Below, piece after piece: positions 11,601 through 23,278 of a stretch of 64,000 nt of DNA. The notes below the pieces were generated by a model. It searched no databases, was not told the origin of the DNA, and saw only the letters and a list, made by a program, of their open reading frames with translations. Each line of letters starts with the position of its first letter. Within the stretch, counting starts at the first letter, position 1. The position numbers and the translations under genes are program-made. The stretch is from Puccinia triticina (taxonomy: Eukaryota): contig CP110440.1 in NCBI GenBank assembly GCA_026914245.1, forward strand, positions 3,410,001 through 3,474,000, written 5' to 3'.

Positions 11601-14514
11601 AATGGTCGGAAAAAGCTCATGTTCGGTTTGATTTTAAACATAAGCTCCATTGGTGAGGCTCGACTTTTGCTAAGAGAGGGCAAGCAGTTCGTGGTTGCTG
11701 TGGCGGACTTGACAGCTTCCCCCCACCACTCCGGGGCCATATTGGCCTGCATCATTTGAGTGCGAGTCATCTCAATAACCGTTCAATTGGCGCGCTCGGC
11801 GAATCCGTTGTGCTGGGGTGTATATGGCGGCGAAACGTTATGTTGAATTCCGGCCTCCTTGAGAGTAGCGCCCAGTGTTTTCCCAACAAATTCGCCACCA
11901 CCGTCAGTTATCAGTTTCTTAATGGTGGTACCAGTCTGCGCCTCAAAGAAGGATTTGTATTCTAGGATGGCTTTCGGAGCGTCGCTCTTCAGCTTCAGGA
12001 TGTCAGTGTGAATGTAACCGGAATATTGATCCACTATTGTGAGAATATAGCGGGCGCCTCCATTCGTCGCGGGAGTGATGGGCCCAACAAGATCGGTGTG
12101 AACGACCTCGAGAGGGCAGGTTGTGGCTTTGAAGTGGCTGTTGAAGGGAAGTTGAGTGACTTGACCCTTCATGCATGCGTCACACGCTCTTGAGGCTTCA
12201 GGCGACAATGGTTTGTTGAGCATCACTTCGATCCTCTTGCGGCTAGCGTGTCCCAACCGTCTGTGCCAAAGGTCGAAGCTATTGGGTTTGGCAGCTGTTG
12301 TCACTTCAGTGAGATTGGCTGTTGGTGCGGCCTCAGGTTCACAGATACCCACTATCTCAAAGATCGAGTTTGTGGTGTCAATATCGATCGCAGTTTGATT
12401 GTCGATAGTCACAGTAAATCCGCATGGCGCTGGTGAAATAGAGGCGTTGTTCTCCATTAACTGAGCAAACGAGATCAGACTCCGAGTCAAGTTCGGAACG
12501 TAAAGAGCGTCCTTCAAGATAATGGTTGACCCGTTTTCAAGTCGCAGTACAGCGGTCCCCTTAGCTACCGCAAACAGCTCACGTTGATCCCATTTATTAC
12601 CGGTGGTGATGCTGATTCGAACTGAAGACGTGGTGCTGAATAGGTCGAGAGCATTCAGCATATGGTGGCTGGCGCCTGAGTCCAAAACCATAGGCATTTT
12701 CAGCCCGGCAGTGTCCGGGCCCGTTAAGTAGCCAAAGGAGGGTCTGACAATGTTCGCGGATTTGGAGGTACCTGGTGCAGTGGTATTGACTAAGCCGGTG
12801 GGTGGATTTGTGCAAGCTTTCTTGTAGAGACCGGGGTGCAGGGTCCAGCAGTCCTCCTCGGTATGTGAAGTTGCCAAGGGATTGTGTTGCTTATTTGTGC
12901 ACGGATGAGGGTTGAAACGTCGCTTGCGCTGCTGATTTCCACGGTTTCCGGAATGCTGCGCTTGCGTCGCTAGCGCTGTGGAAGATCCGATAATTGCTTC
13001 CTCGTCCCTGGTCATGGTTGCTGAGACAGCATCGTGGTGAGCGATATCCCGAAGTTTTGCGATGATTTGCTTCGGATGCGAAAGCATCTTGGCGTTGCTA
13101 ATCAGAGTCTCCATGAGAGAGGGCCTCTTTCGTGAGATTCTAGCAATTATCGTGCAGCTCAAGATAGTTCCGGGAACATCTAACCCCATGGCAGCAAATT
13201 CCGCCAACATTGATTCCAATTGAGTGATATAGCGATTGATGTCGTTGTTGTATTGGATATCTTCCCATTTTCGCCACGCATGATAGATGGCGAGTACCGA
13301 CGCTGACACATATTCTCCCTTAAGCTCTTTCCAGAGAGCAAAGGCGTCGTTTACGTTCTCGTCAGTGATGATATGGTTGTATATATCGTCCTCAATGTGA
13401 CCGCTGATGATGGCAGCAGCTCGAACGTATTCCAGTTTAGCTTGTTCGGAGGCATTAGGCGGTAATGGTTCCTCAATACACTTCAACAAACTCTTGACGG
13501 CCAGATAGGTCTTGACCTTGCGCTGCCAGATGGGAAAGTTTTTTCCATCAAAGGTAGGACATTTAAACAAGTCGCGCTCATCACTCGTGGTAGAGGAGGT
13601 GTTTGCATTCGACGAGGAAGCAGCGGCAGCAGGAGTTTGACGAGTGCCGGCCATGTTGTTCCGCTCTTAGTAGTGGTACTGAGGTTCGGTGGTTCCGAGA
13701 TTCGAGACTGTAAATCTAAAAAGTTTCACAATACTAAGAGCGTTTATTTCATGGTTAGAATGAGGTTGGTCCATCTGACAAGCTCAGAGACAGAGAAAGA
13801 AATAAACAAGTCATGTACCTAAGAGCGGAACTATTGCCGGCTCTGGTATGAGATAGAATAATAATGAGAAAAGACTGCTATGGCAGCTAGGACCACGAGA
13901 TCGTGGGGAGAGGACTACTGTCTGGGATGCGCAACTGTGTTCTGCATCAGTGCCTGAACTTTCGGTGCGAAAGCTAAAGAGATGATGTTTATCTCTTACT
14001 TGTGCTCGTTCAGGCTTGGTACTTTAACGTACGCCGATACGAGTGAGAAGCGTGCCGGGACTGCTACGGTCTGTTATTGTAACAGATCTCTATATCAGTG
14101 ACCGGCTACGCTTTGATGACTCTGCATCGAAGGACTTACCACTCGTTGAGGTGGAAATCCTTTCGATGAGGCTGGAACCGATTCGGTCTGAGTTGGCGTC
14201 GGGCGAATGCTTGCTGTAATTAGAACATTGTTCTTTTAATCAACAGCTCGCTCCTCGGCTTATGACGAACCCAAGGAGCACAGCTTACCTATTCGGTGTT
14301 GTGCTTCTCTTGGGACGTTTAGGCTCTTCGTTGGATGTAGACGTGGCTAGAAGGAGAGGAACAAAGTTTCAGCTTCTCGCCTACTCCTATTGTCTGAGAG
14401 TCTCATGCATATGCATGGACCTGGGGGTCGCGCGGACTCACCATTCCCCCTTGCAGGGTTAGGGTTTCGCTCCTTGCGCTTCCTTTGCTCTGGGGCAAGC
14501 CCTGAGTCTTGACA
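8627..14514 (-). mobile_element. Full-length Ty1/copia LTR retrotransposon; LTRs 8627-9424 and 13717-14514 (798 bp); TSD GGTCA
   Basis: Direct repeats with about 5 differences seen; GGTCA at 8622-8626 and 14515-14519; domain order gag-PR-INT-RT-RH. Confidence 0.98.
9257..13654 (-). pseudogene. Copia gag-pol polyprotein with one in-frame nonsense codon (TGA at 11785-11783)
   Basis: FDGKNFPIW (gag), LDSGASHHM (protease), WHRRLGH/CDAC/VHTDLVGP/TDGGGEF/NGFAERAN (integrase), HQLDVRSAFL/YAHVDDL (RT), YVDADWG/STTEAEY/VDNKGAI/ADFLTK (RNase H). The two ORFs are in frame across ERAN*TVIEM. Confidence 0.95.
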
Positions 14515-14746
14515 GGTCACACATGTAGTAAAAGTAATGATAAGGTATGTAGTGTTCACCAATGAGCTATTATTCATACCGGTTTTGATTCAAACCAAAC
14601 ACTAGCTAAGTTTAAGAGACACCAAACTGGAGCAGGAGAGAGGGAAAACTTTAGGCAGATATTGAAAGGAAAAGTAAAATCACAACATACTAGTCTTTAC
14701 AATTATTTTCTGGATCTTTTTGAATAGAAGTATTATATTTTTCTAC

Positions 14747-16530
14747 TCAAGCGTAAGCTTTAGGATCTGCATTTTTTTTCCAACCCCTTATATCTGTGGA
14801 GCGTGGGAAGGGGAAGTTCATGGGATCTTTTAGATCAAGAGCCACAAAGTGTTGCTGATCTGGAATAAAACCAATAAATATTGGTGGAGAATTGTTTGGA
14901 GGAGAAAAATGTGGCAAGAAGCTAGAAGAACCTTGTGTAGAGAAGTAAAATACAGGACGGTTGTAGGTGTTGGCAAGAAGTGTGCCAGTGAAGGGCATAG
15001 ACATCCAGTTATTCTCCTTCACCATACCCACTTCAGGGGTATCTATTCTAGCTAGACATTGATTTACATTGTCAGAATCGTAAAAGTGGCCTATCTTGAT
15101 GTAAAATGTCTTCTGTTTTTTTATTTCATGGACAAGATCTTCTTGTATCTGAGAGAATCCTATGTTTTTATCTCCCAAGCAGTAAGCCGCAGCCCTGAAC
15201 CCGCAGTGACCATCAGAGTTGAAATCTTGGACCCGTGCAACATATTCTTGGATAAAATCTGGAAGGTGTCGGACCAATTGGTGGCTTTGGCTTGTGCTGG
15301 CATCCGTCCTTAGGCAGATTTTATTCTTGGGGGGCTGAGTCGTTTCAACATTTTTGAGAACGGAGATGCTTCTTGGGAGCCGGGCTAAATTTTCTGATGG
15401 GTTTGGGGATTTGCAAAGTTGCATCAAGGCAATGTGTCTTTGAAGGGCAGCTTTGACCTTATCAGCAGCCTTCAGATTATCCTTGTATACATCAAATTGA
15501 AAAGTAAATCAACATTAGTCTTGGTGTTTTCTGTAAAATGAAATACTAGTGCTACTCACATGATGTAAGTTGAATTTATCAACATGAGCACGGAGCTTGT
15601 TGAGATTATCAAACTGCCTCTTACATAAAAAACACTGTTGCAGGCGCATGTCAAAAAGGAGCAGTGATTCAGGAGGTTTTGGCTTGTCAACATTTACTTC
15701 TGCCTCCTTCCGTTCTAATTTCAATGGTGGGTGGGTTATTATGAGGAGCCAGAGGGACAAATGTCAGCTTTCCATTTGAAATATTTTGTAATTTTTCTTT
15801 TTTTTTTTCTTTTGGATTCAAAATATTGCCAATCCCAACATGGCAGGATAAGACATACTTTGAGGAATCAATGAAGTAGCTGCTTCAACAACTTCAATTT
15901 GAGGACAGCACGTACACCAATCAGGCCTGTGGCCATGCGTCTTTGGTATTTGTATCAAGATGTCAGCAACCAAATTCAGTATATTTTGGGGTCAAGTGAG
16001 ACATACATGGTCATAACATTCACATTGTTGTTTTTCTGACGTTTTCTCAGGTACGTCATAGGCCAAAGCATAACCATCTTTGTCCCAATAGAAAGCACTT
16101 TGGTTAGCTGATATTTGGATCGCCCAACTGTTCCGCCCAGCATTGAAAGAGTTTTTATTGGATCCAGTGATTCTGATGTTTTGCTTCCGCATCCTGACCC
16201 CTTCAGGGGAGGCCTTCTGGTCAGAAAGAGCAGAAAGAATGCCGGGGCCAACTGGCAGATAGAAGGCAAGAAAAGCAAATAAGTGAAACAGTAATGCCAC
16301 ACTGTGTTTTCATTCAAAGTAAAATGAATACCTCCTTGGGTTTAAAAGACAGGAATGCAAATCCCCAACTGTTTTCGGTCTTCTTGTCTCTGATTAGAAT
16401 TACTTTCTTCAGAGAATTTCGCAGGACTGATTCAATTTTCTGGATCACTTCAGCTATGTCTTCCTCTGTTGTGTCTTGATGAAGTCCTCTCAGCAAGATG
16501 GGATTAGGTGAATCACCAACATCCCTTTAG
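14747..16530 (-). pseudogene. Left-arm copy of the RBM5/10-like RRM + C2H2 ZnF + OTU-like chimeric gene
   Basis: Reverse complement of 21118-22901 (identical ORF translations). Confidence 0.7.
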
Positions 16531-16637
16531 CCAGTGTTACAAGAGATGGCGGAGGGGTTGGAGGATTGATGCATGTTAGATTTGGAGCAAGCAGTTGAGG
16601 GTGTCAATAGTGATGAGTATGTTGGGGCCTAAATGGA

Positions 16638-19600
16638 GAGTGTGCCAAAGCACACTCTGTTATAGGAGTCTGCCAAAGCACACTCTGTTATAGGAGTGAA
16701 CCAAAGCACACTCTGTTATAGGAGTGTGCCAAAGCACACTCCGTTATAGGAGTGTGCCAAAGCACACTCTGTTATAGGAGTGTGCCAAAGCACACTCCGT
16801 TATAGGAGTGTGCCAAAGCACACTCTGTTATAGGAGTGTGCCAAAGCACACTTGGTTATAGGAGTGTGCCAAAGCACACTCCGTAATAGGAGTGTGCCAA
16901 AGCACACTCCGTAATAGGAGTGTGCCAAAGCACACTCCGTTATTGGAGTGTGCCAAATCACACTCCGTTATCGGAGTGTGCCAAATCACACTCCGTTATC
17001 GGAGTGTGCCAAAGCACACTCCGATATTGGAGTGTGCCAAATCACACTCCGTTATCGGAGTGTGCCAAAGCACACTCTGTTATAGGAGTGTGCCAAAGAA
17101 CACTCCGTTATAGGAGTGTGCCAAAGCACACTCCGTTATAGGAGTGTGCCAAAGCACACTCCGTTATAGGAGTGTGCCAAAGCACACTCCGTTATAGGAG
17201 TGTGCCAAAGCACACTCCGTAATAGGAGTGTGCCAAAGCACACTCCGTTATAGGAGTGTGCCAAAGCACACTCCGTTATAGGAGTGTGCCAAAGCACACT
17301 CCGTTATAGGAGTGTGCCAAAGCACACTCCGTTATAGGAGTGTGCCAAAGCACACTCCGTTATAGGAGTGTGCCAAAGCACACTCCGTTATAGGAGTGTG
17401 CCAAAGCACACTCCGTTATAGGAGTGTGCCAAAGCACACTCCGTTATAGGAGTGTGCCAAAGCACACTCCGTTATAGGAGTGTGCCAAAGCACACTCCGT
17501 TATAGGAGTGTGCCAAAGCACACTCCGTTATAGGAGTGTGCCAAAGCACACTCCGTTATAGGAGTGTGCCAAAGAACACTCCGTTATAGGAGCACACTTG
17601 GTTATAGGAGTGTGCCAAAGCACACTCTGTTATAGGAGTGTGCCAAAGCAAACTCTGTTATAGGAGTGTGCCAAAGCACACTCCGTTATAGGAATGTGCC
17701 GAAGCACACTCTGTAATAGGAGTGTGCTTTGGCACACTCCGTTATAGGAGTGTGCCGAAGCACACTCCGTTATAGGAGTGTGCTTTGGCACACTCCGTTA
17801 TAGGAGTGTGCCGAAGCACACTCCGTTATAGGAGTGTGCTTTGGCACACTCCGTTGCAGGAGTGTGCTTTGGCCCACTCTGTTATGGGAGTGTGCTTTGG
17901 CACACTCTGTTATAGGAGTGTGCTTTGGCACACTCTGTTGTAGGAGTGTGCTTTGGCACACTCCGTTGTAGGAGTGTGCTTTGGCACACTCCGTTGTAGG
18001 AGTGTGCTTTGGCACACTCTGTTGTAGGAGTGTGCTTTGGCACACTCCGTTGTGGGAGTGTGCTTTGGCACACTCCGTTGTAGGAGTGTGCTTTGGCACA
18101 CTCCGTTGTAGGAGTGTGCTTTGGCACACTCCGTTGTAGGAGTGTGCTTTGGCACACTCCGTTGTAGGAGTGTGCTTTGGCACACTCCGTTGTAGGAGTG
18201 TGCTTTGGCACACTCCGTTGTAGGAGTGTGCTTTGGCACACTCCGTTGTAGGAGTGTGCTTTGGCACACTCCGTTGTAGGAGTGTGCTTTGGCACACTCC
18301 GTTGTAGGAGTGTGCTTTGGCACACTCCGTTGTAGGAGTGTGCTTTGGCACACTCCGTTGTAGGAGTGTGCTTTGGCACACTCCGTTGTAGGAGTGTGCT
18401 TTGGCACACTCCGTTGTAGGAGTGTGCTTTGGCACACTCCGTTGTAGGAGTGTGCTTTGGCACACTCCGTTGTAGGAGTGTGCTTTGGCACACTCCGTTG
18501 TAGGAGTGTGCTTTGGCACACTCCGTTGTAGGAGTGTGCTTTGGCACACTCCGTTGTAGGAGTGTGCTTTGGCACACTCCGTTGTAGGAGTGTGCTTTGG
18601 CACACTCCGTTGTAGGAGTGTGCTTTGGCACACTCCGTTGTAGGAGTGTGCTTTGGCACACTCCGTTGTAGGAGTGTGCTTTGGCACACTCCGTTGTAGG
18701 AGTGTGCTTTGGCACACTCCGTTGTAGGAGTGTGCTTTGGCACACTCCGTTGTAGGAGTGTGCTTTGGCACACTCCGTTGTAGGAGTGTGCTTTGGCACA
18801 CCTCCGTTGTAGGAGTGTGCTTTGGCACACTCCGTTGTAGGAGTGTGCTTTGGCACACTCCGTTGTAGGAGTGTGCTTTGGCACACTCCGTTGTAGGAGT
18901 GTGCTTTGGCACACTCCGTTGTAGGAGTGTGCTTTGGCACACTCCGTTGTAGGAGTGTGCTTTGGCACACTCCGTTGTAGGAGTGTGCTTTGGCACACTC
19001 CGTTATAGGAGTGTGCTTTGGGACACTCCGTTATAGGAGTGTGCTTTGGCACACTCCGTTATAGGAGTGTGCTTTGGCACACTCCTTATGGGAGTGTGCC
19101 AAAGCACACTCCGTTATAAGAGTGTCAAAGCACACTCCGTTATAGGAGTGTGCCAAAGCACACTCCGTTATAGGAGTGTGCCAAAGCACACTCCGTTATA
19201 GGAGTGTGCCAAAGCACACTCCGTTATAGGAGTGTGCCAAAGCACACTCCGTTATAGGAGTGTCCCAAAGCACACTCCGTAATAGGAGTGTGCCAAAGCA
19301 CACTCTTTAAAAGGAGTGTGCCAAAGCACACTCTTTAAAAGGAGTGTGCCAAAGCACACTCCGTAATAGGAGTGTGCCAAAGCACACTCCGTAATAGGAG
19401 TGTGCCAAAGCACACTCCGTAATAGGAGTGTGCCAAAGCACACTCTGTAAAAGGAGTGTGCCAAAGCACACTTTGTAATAGGAGTGTGCCAAAGCACACT
19501 CTGTAAAAGGAGTGTGCCAAAGCACACTCCGTAATAGGAGTGTGCCAAAGCACACTCCGTAATAGGAGTGTGCCAAAGCGCACTCCGTAATAGGAGAACG

Positions 19601-21010
19601 GAGTGTGCCAAAGCACACTCCTACAACGGAGTGTGCCAAAGCACACTCCTACAACGGAGTGTGCCAAAGCACACTCCTACAACGGAGTGTGCCAAAGCAC
19701 ACTCCTACAACGGAGTGTGCCAAAGCACACTCCTACAACGGAGTGTGCCAAAGCACACTCCTACAACGGAGTGTGCCAAAGCACACTCCTACAACGGATT
19801 GTGCCAAAGCACACTCCTACAACGGAGTGTGCCAAAGCACACTCCTACAACGGAGTGTGCCAAAGCACACTCCTACAACGGAGTGTGCCAAAGCACACTC
19901 CTACAACGGAGTGTGCCAAAGCACACTCCTACAACGGAGTGTGCCAAAGCACACTCCTACAACGGAGTGTGCCAAAGCACACTCCTACAACGGAGTGTGC
20001 CAAAGCACACTCCTACAACGGAGTGTGCCAAAGCACACTCCTACAACGGAGTGTGCCAAAGCACACTCCTACAACGGAGTGTGCCAAAGCACACTCCTAC
20101 AACGGAGTGTGCCAAAGCACACTCCTACAACGGAGTGTGCCAAAGCACACTCCCACAACGGAGTGTGCCAAAGCACACTCCTACAACAGAGTGTGCCAAA
20201 GCACACTCCTACAACGGAGTGTGCCAAAGCACACTCCTACAACGGAGTGTGCCAAAGCACACTCCTACAACAGAGTGTGCCAAAGCACACTCCTATAACA
20301 GAGTGTGCCAAAGCACACTCCCATAACAGAGTGGGCCAAAGCACACTCCTGCAACGGAGTGTGCCAAAGCACACTCCTATAACGGAGTGTGCTTCGGCAC
20401 ACTCCTATAACGGAGTGTGCCAAAGCACACTCCTATAACGGAGTGTGCTTCGGCACACTCCTATAACGGAGTGTGCCAAAGCACACTCCTATTACAGAGT
20501 GTGCTTCGGCACATTCCTATAACGGAGTGTGCTTTGGCACACTCCTATAACAGAGTTTGCTTTGGCACACTCCTATAACAGAGTGTGCTTTGGCACACTC
20601 CTATAACCAAGTGTGCTCCTATAACGGAGTGTTCTTTGGCACACTCCTATAACGGAGTGTGCTTTGGCACACTCCTATAACGGAGTGTGCTTTGGCACAC
20701 TCCTATAACGGAGTGTGCTTTGGCACACTCCTATAACGGAGTGTGCTTTGGCACACTCCTATAACGGAGTGTGCTTTGGCACACTCCTATAACGGAGTGT
20801 GCTTTGGCACACTCCTATAACGGAGTGTGCTTTGGCACACTCCTATAACCAAGTGTGCTTTGGCACACTCCTATAACAGAGTGTGCTTTGGCACACTCCT
20901 ATAACGGAGTGTGCTTTGGCACACTCCTATAACGGAGTGTTCTTTGGCACACTCCTATAACAGAGTGTGCTTTGGCAGACTCCTATAACAGAGTGTGCTT
21001 TGGCACACTC
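16638..21010. repeat. 28-bp hairpin satellite array (about 155 units) made of blocks in four loop/spacer orientations
   Basis: Blocks: CAAA+GTTATA (16638-~17720), TTTG+GTTGTA (~17830-19085), CAAA+GTTATA/GTAATA (~19090-19596), CAAA+TACAAC (19597-~20490), TTTG+TATAAC (~20500-21010). Confidence 0.97.
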
Positions 21011-21117
21011 TCCATTTAGGCCCCAACATACTCATCACTATTGACACCCTCAACTGCTTGCTCCAAATCTAACATGCATCAATCCTCCAACCCCTCCGCC
21101 ATCTCTTGTAACACTGG

Positions 21118-22901
21118 CTAAAGGGATGTTGGTGATTCACCTAATCCCATCTTGCTGAGAGGACTTCATCAAGACACAACAGAGGAAGACATAGCTGAAG
21201 TGATCCAGAAAATTGAATCAGTCCTGCGAAATTCTCTGAAGAAAGTAATTCTAATCAGAGACAAGAAGACCGAAAACAGTTGGGGATTTGCATTCCTGTC
21301 TTTTAAACCCAAGGAGGTATTCATTTTACTTTGAATGAAAACACAGTGTGGCATTACTGTTTCACTTATTTGCTTTTCTTGCCTTCTATCTGCCAGTTGG
21401 CCCCGGCATTCTTTCTGCTCTTTCTGACCAGAAGGCCTCCCCTGAAGGGGTCAGGATGCGGAAGCAAAACATCAGAATCACTGGATCCAATAAAAACTCT
21501 TTCAATGCTGGGCGGAACAGTTGGGCGATCCAAATATCAGCTAACCAAAGTGCTTTCTATTGGGACAAAGATGGTTATGCTTTGGCCTATGACGTACCTG
21601 AGAAAACGTCAGAAAAACAACAATGTGAATGTTATGACCATGTATGTCTCACTTGACCCCAAAATATACTGAATTTGGTTGCTGACATCTTGATACAAAT
21701 ACCAAAGACGCATGGCCACAGGCCTGATTGGTGTACGTGCTGTCCTCAAATTGAAGTTGTTGAAGCAGCTACTTCATTGATTCCTCAAAGTATGTCTTAT
21801 CCTGCCATGTTGGGATTGGCAATATTTTGAATCCAAAAGAAAAAAAAAAAGAAAAATTACAAAATATTTCAAATGGAAAGCTGACATTTGTCCCTCTGGC
21901 TCCTCATAATAACCCACCCACCATTGAAATTAGAACGGAAGGAGGCAGAAGTAAATGTTGACAAGCCAAAACCTCCTGAATCACTGCTCCTTTTTGACAT
22001 GCGCCTGCAACAGTGTTTTTTATGTAAGAGGCAGTTTGATAATCTCAACAAGCTCCGTGCTCATGTTGATAAATTCAACTTACATCATGTGAGTAGCACT
22101 AGTATTTCATTTTACAGAAAACACCAAGACTAATGTTGATTTACTTTTCAATTTGATGTATACAAGGATAATCTGAAGGCTGCTGATAAGGTCAAAGCTG
22201 CCCTTCAAAGACACATTGCCTTGATGCAACTTTGCAAATCCCCAAACCCATCAGAAAATTTAGCCCGGCTCCCAAGAAGCATCTCCGTTCTCAAAAATGT
22301 TGAAACGACTCAGCCCCCCAAGAATAAAATCTGCCTAAGGACGGATGCCAGCACAAGCCAAAGCCACCAATTGGTCCGACACCTTCCAGATTTTATCCAA
22401 GAATATGTTGCACGGGTCCAAGATTTCAACTCTGATGGTCACTGCGGGTTCAGGGCTGCGGCTTACTGCTTGGGAGATAAAAACATAGGATTCTCTCAGA
22501 TACAAGAAGATCTTGTCCATGAAATAAAAAAACAGAAGACATTTTACATCAAGATAGGCCACTTTTACGATTCTGACAATGTAAATCAATGTCTAGCTAG
22601 AATAGATACCCCTGAAGTGGGTATGGTGAAGGAGAATAACTGGATGTCTATGCCCTTCACTGGCACACTTCTTGCCAACACCTACAACCGTCCTGTATTT
22701 TACTTCTCTACACAAGGTTCTTCTAGCTTCTTGCCACATTTTTCTCCTCCAAACAATTCTCCACCAATATTTATTGGTTTTATTCCAGATCAGCAACACT
22801 TTGTGGCTCTTGATCTAAAAGATCCCATGAACTTCCCCTTCCCACGCTCCACAGATATAAGGGGTTGGAAAAAAAATGCAGATCCTAAAGCTTACGCTTG
22901 A
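21118..22901 (+). pseudogene. Right-arm copy: RBM5/RBM10-like RRM exon, C2H2 ZnF exon, and OTU-like protease exon (22167-22901)
   Basis: RDVGDSPNPILLLRGL...VILIRDKKTENSWGFAFLSF (RRM); CFLCKRQFDNLNKLRAHVDKFNLHH|DNLK (ZnF, intron 22089-22166); SDGHCGFRA...QQHFV (OTU). In-frame TAA at 21119-21121 and an apparent frameshift after the first intron. Confidence 0.7.
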
Positions 22902-23278
22902 GTAGAAAAATATAATACTTCTATTCAAAAAGATCCAGAAAATAATTGTAAAGACTAGTATGTTGTGATTTTACTTTTCCTTTCAATATCTGCCTAAAGT
23001 TTTCCCTCTCTCCTGCTCCAGTTTGGTGTCTCTTAAACTTAGCTAGTGTTTGGTTTGAATCAAAACCGGTATGAATAATAGCTCATTGGTGAACACTACA
23101 TACCTTATCATTACTTTTACTACATGTGTGACCCATACTTAATGCAATTTTTCTTGAGGCATTCCAGTGTCCCAAGTTACAGCTCACATGAATAGATTGA
23201 TAGATTTGTGAGACAAGAAATAGTACAGCAAGTAAGAAGATAAATTATAATGAAGGGGGTTACTAAGCTGATCTAATT

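Larger units (their letters stand above)
8588..23167. repeat. Giant inverted duplication (palindrome): left arm 8588-8626 + 14520 onward, right arm ending 23167, centred in the 28-bp array
   Basis: Mirror ORF pairs have identical translations and a constant coordinate sum of 37648 (14747/22901, 15515/22133, 15976/21672, 16496/21152). 8588-8626 is the reverse complement of 23129-23167. Confidence 0.97.

Noticed and set aside
11770..11785. Programmed gag-pol frameshift
   Set aside because: The two ORFs are in the same frame and the stop lies inside the integrase core
16638..21010. Telomeric repeat or telomere fusion
   Set aside because: No TTAGGG-like G-rich strand; the unit is self-complementary. 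The head-to-head geometry is better explained by fold-back duplication.
8588..23167. One giant TIR transposon
   Set aside because: No TSD at the outer ends (ACTCAATT versus TGTCCCAA), and the MULE-like tips are at the array borders instead; not fully excluded
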